Assembly (NCBI GenBank): GCA_041891055.1
Contig: CP169074.1
Coordinates: forward strand, 1,728,001 to 1,792,000
DNA length: 64,000 nucleotides
Reading direction: 5' to 3'
Origin: Halorutilales archaeon Cl-col2-1
Lineage (GTDB): Archaea; Halobacteriota; Halobacteria; Halobacteriales; Afararchaeaceae
Shown: piece by piece, positions 56,875 through 64,000 of the stretch
How positions within the stretch are numbered: position 1 is the first letter of the stretch
Layout of the letters: every line of letters starts with the position of its first letter
Notes under the pieces: model-generated
What the model saw: only the letters and a program-made list of their open reading frames with translations
The model's database searches: none
What the model was told of the DNA's origin: nothing
Made by a program: the position numbers and the translations under genes

Positions 56875-59462
56875 ATGAAGCTGACACAGACTGAAGAGAA
56901 GATAGAAATTATTCTCGTCGAGGAGGAGTCGGAGTTCGCCTCGAAGATACGTGACGACATCTCCGAGGCGGGAAGATTTCTTTTCGACCCCGACTACCGG
57001 CTCACACACGTCGAGACGGTCTCGGAGGCACGGAGACGTCTTGAAGACTCCACCGACGTAGTTCTTCTCGACATCGAGACCGGGACGGGGGTCGGAAGCT
57101 TTGACAGCCTCGACCGACTCACCGACACGGATGTACCTGTGGTCGTACTCACGGATCTCACCAATAAGGAGAACGCAGTCGAGGCTATCGAGAGGGGTGC
57201 TCAGGACTACCTCGATAGAAAGGAGGTGAGTCCCGAGGCACTTGCGCGTTCGATACGTTACGCAGTCGAGAGAAACACGCAGAGACGTGAGCTGAGACGG
57301 ACTAAGACGAAGTACGAGTCGCTCTTCGAGGGATCTCCCGACCCTGTCATTCTCTCCGACAGAACTACGGGAGAGATAGTCGAGGCGAACTTGAAGGCTT
57401 CGAGCCTCGTAGGCTACTCCGACCACGAGATAGTCGGGATGAATCAGTCGGAGCTACATCCCGATGAAGAGAGATATAAGAGCCTGTTTGAGAGGGTCAA
57501 GGAGGACGACAGCCCCGTGTCGGAGTTCGAGGACGGCTCGCAGATATACGTGGTTACCGCCGACGGTGAGAGGATACCCGTCGAGATCTCCGTCTCGGAG
57601 GTCGGCGTCGACGGCAGAGACCTCATATACGGTGTCTTCCGCGATATATCCGACAGGAGAGACCGTGAGTCTGACCTAGAGAGGTACGAGGACGTCGTTG
57701 AGAGCCTACGTGTCGGCGTCTACAGAAACACTCCCGGAGAAGAAGGTGACTTTATCGAGGTTAACTCGGCTATGGTCGACCTCTTCGACGCCGACTCGGA
57801 GGAGGAGCTACTCGAAACCCATGTCTCGGATCTCTATGTAGACCCCGAGAAGAGAACCGAGTTGAGTGACGAACTCATGCAGAAGGGCTACGTCGAGGGC
57901 AGAGAGGTTAGACTCAGGACGCTTGAAGGCAACGAGTTCTGGGCTTCGGTAACCGCCACGAGAGAGTTCGACACCGACGGCGAGGTCTACTTCGACGGAA
58001 CTCTGAGGGACGTGACCGAGAGGAAGAAACGCACGAGGGATCTCCGGCGTGTCAAGAGAGTCGTAGACGAGGCTCCTATCAGCGTGAGTATAACCGACCC
58101 AAGGTACGACGACAACCCCATAGTCTATGTCAACGACAGGTTCACCGAGATCACGGGGTACACTAAGGATGAGGTCGTGGGAAGGAACTGCCGTTTCCTA
58201 CAGGGAGACGACACCGACGACGAGACTGTCGCCGAGATACGTGAGGCGATAGAAGACGAGCGCCCAATAAAGACAGAGGTACTCAATTACCGGAAGAACG
58301 GCGTCGAATTCTGGAATGAGCTACATATAGCGCCTATATACGGCTCCGACGGTCAACTCACTAACTTTGCCGGTTTCCAGATCGACGTTACTGACGAGGT
58401 GAGGAGGGAACGCAGGCTGGAGAGGTACCATAGTCTCGTCGAGAACCTTCCGGTGGGCATCTACCGTAAGATGCCCGAGAAGGACGGACGTCTCGTCGAG
58501 GTCAACCCGGCTCTTGCGTCGATATTTGGGGCTGATTCTGAGATAGACCTACTCGGGGTTCCTCTCAAGAACCTCTACTCCAACGTCGAGGATTACGACG
58601 ACTTCCTAACTGAGATCGACTCCGAGGGCGTCGCGACGAAGGAGCTACGTATGAAGACAGTCGACGGAGACGAGTTCTGGGCGATGATGACGGCTTACCA
58701 GTTCGAGTCGGACGAAGGTGAGACGTATATCGACGGCATGGTTCACGATATTACCGAGAGAAAGGAGTACGAGAGGGAGCTAGAGGAGAGGAACTCCGAG
58801 CTTGAGCTTCTCAACCGGATAGTCAGACACGACATACGTAACGACATGCAGGTCGTACTTGGGATGAGCCAGGCTCTCGAAGCCGACATAGACGACGACA
58901 GACTCGACCGTGTCATAGAGAACAGCCAGACGTGATAGAGCTAACGAAGACGATGCGTGATCTGATGGAGACTATGATGTCGGAGTCCGAGGAAGTCGAT
59001 CTCGAAGCCGTGAACCTCCGACAGATCATCGAGAATCAGGTCGACGAGGTCATGAGCTCGTACGAGAGGGCTGAGGTCACGACCGAGAAGACCGACATCG
59101 ACTCTACTGTCGAAGCTGACAGTATGATCTCGTCGGTCTTCAGGAACCTGCTGGAGAACGCAGTACACCACAACGACGCCGAAGTTCCGAGGATCGAGGT
59201 TTCAGCAGAGGAGGAAGACGGTGAAGTAGTAGTCTCTGTCGCCGACAACGGTCCGGGTGTCCCCGACGACCGGAAGGACGAGATCTTCGGAAAGGGCGAG
59301 AGGGGGCTCGAAAGCGAGGGAACCGGAGTCGGTCTCTACCTTGTGAAGACACTCGTCGACAGGTACGGCGGTGAGGTCTGGGTCGAGGACTCCCAACTCG
59401 GCGGTGCCGACTTCAAGGTCAGGCTCAGAATCACAGAGACAGGAGCCGAGATAGAGACGTGA
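56875..59462 (+). pseudogene. REC-PAS-PAS-LOV-PAS hybrid histidine kinase split by a 1-nt deletion at about 58930 (or a sequencing error)
   Basis: ORF 56875..58935 (REC, PAS, LOV motif GRNCRFLQG, H-box RHDIRNDM) continues in ORF 58932..59462 (HATPase). The paralog reads agc-cgt-CAC-gtc-gtc-gat where this gene reads agc-cag-_AC-gtg-ata-gag. Confidence 0.8.
59157..59440 (+). repeat. Near-identical copy of 55885-56168 (HATPase coding region)
   Basis: About 285 bp with only scattered substitutions between the two kinase 3' ends. Confidence 0.85.
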
Positions 59463-60674
59463 CTATCCGATGTATCCCTGTGTCGAAGCCGTCGATACTG
59501 GGGCGAACCTGACACTCACCACGGTTCCTGTCTCCGACGACTCCGCCTCGACCTCGGCGTCGAGAATCTTCGAGACGTAGTAGACTAGCGACAGTCCGAG
59601 ACCGCTCCCGTGTCTCAGAGGCTCCTCGTCGCCTCGTGACAGAACCGAGAGATCCTGTTCCGACATACCGGGACCGTCATCCGAGACAGTGACTGTGACC
59701 CCTGATTCAGAGGCTTCGACTTCCACGTCTACCTTGACAGTCGGGGACTCGCCCGCGTGCTCGGCGGCGTTCTCCAGAAGCTCCTTGAATACCAGCTTCG
59801 CCCTCGGTGCGGCGAGAGCCACAGCCTCCGAGGATTCGGGCGGTATGACCGAGACCGAAACAGAGGCGTTGGGGTACTTGTCGCGAGCTTCATCTACGGC
59901 TTCCTCGACGAGACTCAGAACATCGGTCGGACGTGGTATCGGAGGCTCCGTGATCTGGTCTTCGAGCCTCCTCGCCTTCTCACTTAGACTGAGTATCTCG
60001 TCGGTCTTCTCACGTATCATCGCCGCCGCCTCGGCGTCTCTATCACCCTCCCGCGTCTCCTCGATCATATCCGCGTATCCCGAGATCACGTTCATGCCGT
60101 TTCTGAGGTTGTGGCGCAGGACACGGTTGAGTACGCTTATAAGCTCGTCGCGGCGAGTTATCTCTGAGGTGTATCTGTGGTTCCGTATCACCGACCCGAC
60201 GAGTTCGCCGACGAGTTCGACGAATACTCTCTCTGTCTCGGTGAAAGGATCACAGGCTTCGGACGAAGAGAAACACGCCGTGCCGTACGGCTCGCCGTCG
60301 ACTAGTACCGGGGTTCCGTGGTAACATCTCATACCCGATTTCTCGTACGCCGGATCGTTCTCCCAGCCCTCGTTGGGCGCGTCACTGATGTCGATCCGTG
60401 ACCTCGTACGTACGACTTCACGGCAGTAGGTCTCTCCGAGTTCGCGCTCTTTTCCCTCTGCGACCTTGCCGTCGGGAGGATCGGTGCTCACGACCGTCTC
60501 CCATCTGTCTTCGTCGATGTCGGTACGTGCCAAGTAGCCGTGGTCGACTCCGAGATAGTCGCGCCCGACCGAGAGGAGACGTCTGATCTTATCCTTGACC
60601 GGGAGGCTCTCACGCATTACTGCGTAGAGCTCTCGGCGTGCCTCGCCTGGGTCTCTCTCGGTGTCTCGGATCAT
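59463..60674 (-). CDS. GAF sensor histidine kinase
   Basis: GAF motifs ETYCRE and CYHGTPV..DGEPYGT, H-box RHNLRN, ENAAEH, DDGPG and HGSGLGL. Confidence 0.9.
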   Translation of the reverse strand: MIRDTERDPGEARRELYAVMRESLPVKDKIRRLLSVGRDYLGVDHGYLARTDIDEDRWETVVSTDPPDGKVAEGKERELGETYCREVVRTRSRIDISDAPNEGWENDPAYEKSGMRCYHGTPVLVDGEPYGTACFSSSEACDPFTETERVFVELVGELVGSVIRNHRYTSEITRRDELISVLNRVLRHNLRNGMNVISGYADMIEETREGDRDAEAAAMIREKTDEILSLSEKARRLEDQITEPPIPRPTDVLSLVEEAVDEARDKYPNASVSVSVIPPESSEAVALAAPRAKLVFKELLENAAEHAGESPTVKVDVEVEASESGVTVTVSDDGPGMSEQDLSVLSRGDEEPLRHGSGLGLSLVYYVSKILDAEVEAESSETGTVVSVRFAPVSTASTQGYIG

Positions 60675-60679
60675 GTCAG

Positions 60680-61822
60680 TTACTCAAGAAATCCACTAAC
60701 TGCTGGACCCACGTTCTCTGGCTCGACGAGAAAGGCATCGTGTCCGTAGTCACTCTCCTGTACCGTGTGTTCGACGTCGACGTCTGCCTCCTCGAACGCC
60801 TTCTCCAGGCTCCTCGACTGTTCGACCGTGAAGTGCCAGTCGCCCGTGAAGCTGATTATGAGAGCCTCGCCGTCGAATGCGGCTAAGGCGTCGGCGTCGG
60901 ACTCGTAGCCCTGTGAGAGGTCGTAGTCGTCCATCGCCCTGAGGAGGTATATGTAGCTGTTGGGGTCGAACCTCTCGGCGAACTTCTCCGACTGGTAGTC
61001 GAGGTACGACTCGACGTCCCTGTACTTGAAGAAGTCGCTCGTGGGGTCTGACGAGACTATCTCGTCGTCGGTGGGGTCACGTCTCGCCGACCTCCTCCCG
61101 AACTTGTCCTCCATCGAGTCCTTCGAGAGGTACATTATGTGCCCGATCTGTCTCGCGAGACGCAGACCGTCCTTCGGCGGGTCGGGCTCGCCGTCGTCTC
61201 CCGCGGAGTAGTAACGTCCGCCCCTCCATTTGGGGTCGTTGAGTATCGCTCTCCTCGCTACGGAGTCGAGCGCGAGTGCCTGTGGATCGAGACGCGCCGC
61301 CGTCGCGATAGGGACGACCTTCTCGACGAAGTCGGGGTAGAGCTTCGCCCACTCTAAGACGTTCATGCCGCCGACGCTTCCTCCCACGACTGCGTGGAGG
61401 CTGTCGACCCCGAGTATCTCGAGAAGCATGCTCTGGGCACGTGTCCAGTCTGTGATGGTCACGGGAGGGAAGTCGGGCCCGTAGGGCTCCCCCGTCTCGG
61501 GGTTCTCGCTCGCTGGTCCCGTACTGCCGTAACACGAACCCGGGACGTTCGCACAGACTATGTAGTAGTCGGAGGGATCTATCGGCTTACCGGGACCGAC
61601 TATGTCGTCCCACCACGCCGCAGCCTGCCCGCTCGTCCCAGCGTCACGCCCCCTTCCAGCGACGTGTGAGCTTCCCGTGAGGGCGTGACAGATCAGGACG
61701 GCGTTGTCACCCGTGTACTCGCCGTAGGTCTCGTACGCGACCTCTAGCTCGGGTATCGACTCGCCACACTCGAACTCGAACCGCCCGAGACTCACGGTGT
61801 CACGGGTCACGTCTATCTCCAT
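60680..61822 (-). CDS. metX: Homoserine O-acetyltransferase
   Basis: Motifs [21 protein letters not shown] and GHDAFL. Confidence 0.93.
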   Translation of the reverse strand: MEIDVTRDTVSLGRFEFECGESIPELEVAYETYGEYTGDNAVLICHALTGSSHVAGRGRDAGTSGQAAAWWDDIVGPGKPIDPSDYYIVCANVPGSCYGSTGPASENPETGEPYGPDFPPVTITDWTRAQSMLLEILGVDSLHAVVGGSVGGMNVLEWAKLYPDFVEKVVPIATAARLDPQALALDSVARRAILNDPKWRGGRYYSAGDDGEPDPPKDGLRLARQIGHIMYLSKDSMEDKFGRRSARRDPTDDEIVSSDPTSDFFKYRDVESYLDYQSEKFAERFDPNSYIYLLRAMDDYDLSQGYESDADALAAFDGEALIISFTGDWHFTVEQSRSLEKAFEEADVDVEHTVQESDYGHDAFLVEPENVGPAVSGFLE

Positions 61823-61825
61823 CTA

Positions 61826-63124
61826 CTACGACACCTCTCTTATCGCGTTATCTATGTCGTCTACTATGTCGTCGGCGTCCTCGATGCCGACCGAGAGACG
61901 TACCATGTCGGGAGTCACACCGCTTGCCTCCTGTTCCTCCTCCGTAAGCTGCTGGTGTGTCGTGCTCGCGGGATGTATCACGAGCGTCTTCGAGTCACCG
62001 ACGTTTGCGAGGAGTGTAGCCAACTCGGTCGCCTCACAGAACCCCCTTCCGGCATCGTAGCCTCCCTCTAAGCCGAAGGTTATCATTCCGCCGTAGCCTC
62101 CGTCGAGGTACTCGGTCGCCTCCTCGTGTGTCTCGTGGCTTTCGAGACCGGGGTAGTTTACCCACGCGACCTCGTCGTGGTCTTCGAGGAACTCGGCGAC
62201 CTCCAAGGCGTTCTCCGACTGCTTCTCCATCCTGAGTGGGAGGGTTTCGAGCTTCTGGGCGGTGTTCCACGCGTCGAAGGGCGACTGCTGGTTCCCGAGG
62301 TCTCTCATCCCCCTCGTCCTCGCGGCGTAGGCGAAGGCTGCGTCTCCGAAACGCTCCTTGAAGTTGACGCCGTGGTAGGCGGGATTGTCACCAGCGACCT
62401 CTGGGTAGTCGTCGGCGTCCCAGTCGAAGCTCCCTCCGTCGACGACGACTCCGCCGACAGTCGTGCCGCTTCCGTGTATCCATTTCGTCGTCGACTCCCA
62501 GACTATGTCAGCTCCGTGGTCGAGAGGGTTGGACAGGAAGGGCGTAGCGAAGGTGTTGTCGATAACGAGAGGAACCCCGTTTTCGTGTGCTACCTCGGCT
62601 AGCCTCTCGATGTCGGGGGTCACGAGAGCGGGGTTGCCGATGGTCTCGGCGTGGACGTACGCGGTGTCGTCGTCTATCTTCTCGCCGAATCCCTCGTAGT
62701 CTAGCGGGTCGACGAAACGTGACTCGACGCCTCGTCTGGGTGCTGTGTGAGTGAAGTAGGTGAACGTACCGCCGTAGAGAGCCGAAGACGTCACGACGTT
62801 GTCTCCCGCAGACGCGAGTATGAAGGTCAGAAGGTCGAGAGACGCCATCCCGCTCGCAGTCGCGACCGCGGCGACTCCGTTTTCGAGACTCGCCATCCTC
62901 TTCTCGAGGACGGCGTTCGTGGGGTTCATTATCCTGCTGTATATGTTGCCCGCCTCTTCGAGACCGAAGAGCTTCGCGGCGTGTTCGGCGTCCTCGAACT
63001 CGTAGGAGGTAGTCTGGTAGATCGGCGGTGCTACCGAACCCGTCGTTGGGTCGGGGTCGTAGCCGTCGTGTACGCTCCGTGTCCTGAACCCGTCGCTTTC
63101 ATCAGATGAGTCTGAGTCAGTCAT
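61826..63124 (-). CDS. metY: O-acetylhomoserine aminocarboxypropyltransferase (sulfhydrylase)
   Basis: Motifs PIYQTTSY, YSRIMNPT, STTKWIHG, HPASTTHQQL and RLSVGIED. Coupled to metX. Confidence 0.9.
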   Translation of the reverse strand: MTDSDSSDESDGFRTRSVHDGYDPDPTTGSVAPPIYQTTSYEFEDAEHAAKLFGLEEAGNIYSRIMNPTNAVLEKRMASLENGVAAVATASGMASLDLLTFILASAGDNVVTSSALYGGTFTYFTHTAPRRGVESRFVDPLDYEGFGEKIDDDTAYVHAETIGNPALVTPDIERLAEVAHENGVPLVIDNTFATPFLSNPLDHGADIVWESTTKWIHGSGTTVGGVVVDGGSFDWDADDYPEVAGDNPAYHGVNFKERFGDAAFAYAARTRGMRDLGNQQSPFDAWNTAQKLETLPLRMEKQSENALEVAEFLEDHDEVAWVNYPGLESHETHEEATEYLDGGYGGMITFGLEGGYDAGRGFCEATELATLLANVGDSKTLVIHPASTTHQQLTEEEQEASGVTPDMVRLSVGIEDADDIVDDIDNAIREVS

Positions 63125-63249
63125 TGTTACTGTAGTAGTATCGTACTTCTTCGGTTATAAATGCGGTGTACGTACCGGTGTATGACACGGGTCTGACTGA
63201 GATTTATACGTACGGATATATAGTCTCAAACGCGCGGGAATCCGAGCGA

Positions 63250-63379
63250 TGGGTATGCAGGGACTTGAACCCCGGGCTTCCCGTGGCTGTAACCGGGCGG
63301 AGTGCCGCGCGGACTCACTCCGTCCGTGGCTCTACAGTACACAACAGTCACGGGCGTTCTTCCGCTGAACTACATACCC
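63250..63379 (-). tRNA. tRNA-like RNA with a ~58-nt insert and no resolvable anticodon loop
   Basis: Acceptor GGGTATG/CATACCC+A, D-arm GTTC-AGCGGAA-GAAC, anticodon stem CCCGT/ACGGG and T-arm CGGGG-TTCAAGT-CCCTG. There are 65 nt between the anticodon stem strands. Confidence 0.65.
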
Positions 63380-63452
63380 CGAGCCAACTCTCTAGCCGGA
63401 GACCACAAAAATCTATCCCCATTATTATGAGGGAGCCACGACGACTTAGAGT

Positions 63453-64000
63453 ATGAGTCTGAGTCTCCCTGTCGACCCCGGAAAACTCGAAGAAGCAGCC
63501 GAGGAGTTCGGCACACCCGTCTATGTCACCGACTCCGAGACGATACGCGATAGATACTCCGAGATGAGTGACGCCTTCCCCGACGCGAGGATACAGTACG
63601 CCGCGAAGGCAAATACCAACCCTCGTATACTCGAAGTTCTGAGGGACGAGGGCGCGGCGGTCGATGCCGTATCGCTCGGCGAGGTCGTAGCAGCCGAGAA
63701 AGCAGGGTTTGAGCCCGACGAAATAATGTATACGGGGGTCAACCCGCCCGAAGAAGAGTTACGGCGTGTCATCGAGAAGGACGTCAGGCTAAACGCCGAC
63801 TCGGTAAGCGGAATAGAGAGGATCGCCGAGATAGACCCCGGTAGGGAGATAGGTATACGTGTCAACCCTTCGGTGGGCGCAGGACACCACGAGAAGGTCA
63901 TCACGGGGGGCGAGGGATCGAAGTTCGGAGTACCCGAGGAGGCGATAGTCGAGGCGTACGAACGCGCCGACGAAGTCGGTCTCGAAGCCGTTGGCGTACA
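63453..64000 (+). CDS. lysA: Diaminopimelate decarboxylase, 5' part (runs off window end)
   Basis: Manual translation gives FGTPVYV...YAAKANTN...DAVSLGE...IGIRVNP..GAGHHEKVITGG..SKFG. Confidence 0.9.
   Translation, partial: MSLSLPVDPGKLEEAAEEFGTPVYVTDSETIRDRYSEMSDAFPDARIQYAAKANTNPRILEVLRDEGAAVDAVSLGEVVAAEKAGFEPDEIMYTGVNPPEEELRRVIEKDVRLNADSVSGIERIAEIDPGREIGIRVNPSVGAGHHEKVITGGEGSKFGVPEEAIVEAYERADEVGLEAVGV

Noticed and set aside
63325-63345. Internal CTGTAGA (minus strand) as a tRNA-Tyr anticodon loop
   Set aside because: The flanking stem pairs poorly and the acceptor has G1-C72, not the archaeal Tyr C1-G72 identity pair.

Overview
This is a 64-kb chromosomal segment from an extremely halophilic archaeon. 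The proteome is very acidic and many genes look leaderless. Alba and frequent ATA/AGA codons suggest a deep-branching Halobacteria lineage (inference). Housekeeping content: tiaS (partial), yhbY, alba, SRP RNA, a menFDBACE menaquinone cluster, pccB, panD, ppsA, metG, ahcY, cbf5/cmk, tyrS, SAMP1, hisF, metX/metY and lysA (partial). There is also a TnpB-only IS605-family element and a cluster of PAS/GAF/LOV histidine kinases, one of them frameshifted. The most notable locus is a tightly coupled 10-gene minus-strand operon, bioB-bioW-bioU-bioF-bioD-aksA-aksD-aksE-aksF plus an IorA-derived ThDP enzyme that has lost its Fe-S cysteines, under a BirA-type operator. It looks like a self-contained route to the pimelate moiety of biotin by 2-oxoacid chain elongation (2-oxoglutarate to 2-oxosuberate) followed by decarboxylation. 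Second, a family of ~48-bp double-hairpin elements is inserted in frame in metG and bioF and inside both IS ends. Third, a tRNA-like RNA has no readable anticodon loop. All calls come from reading the sequence and translations; no database searches were run.
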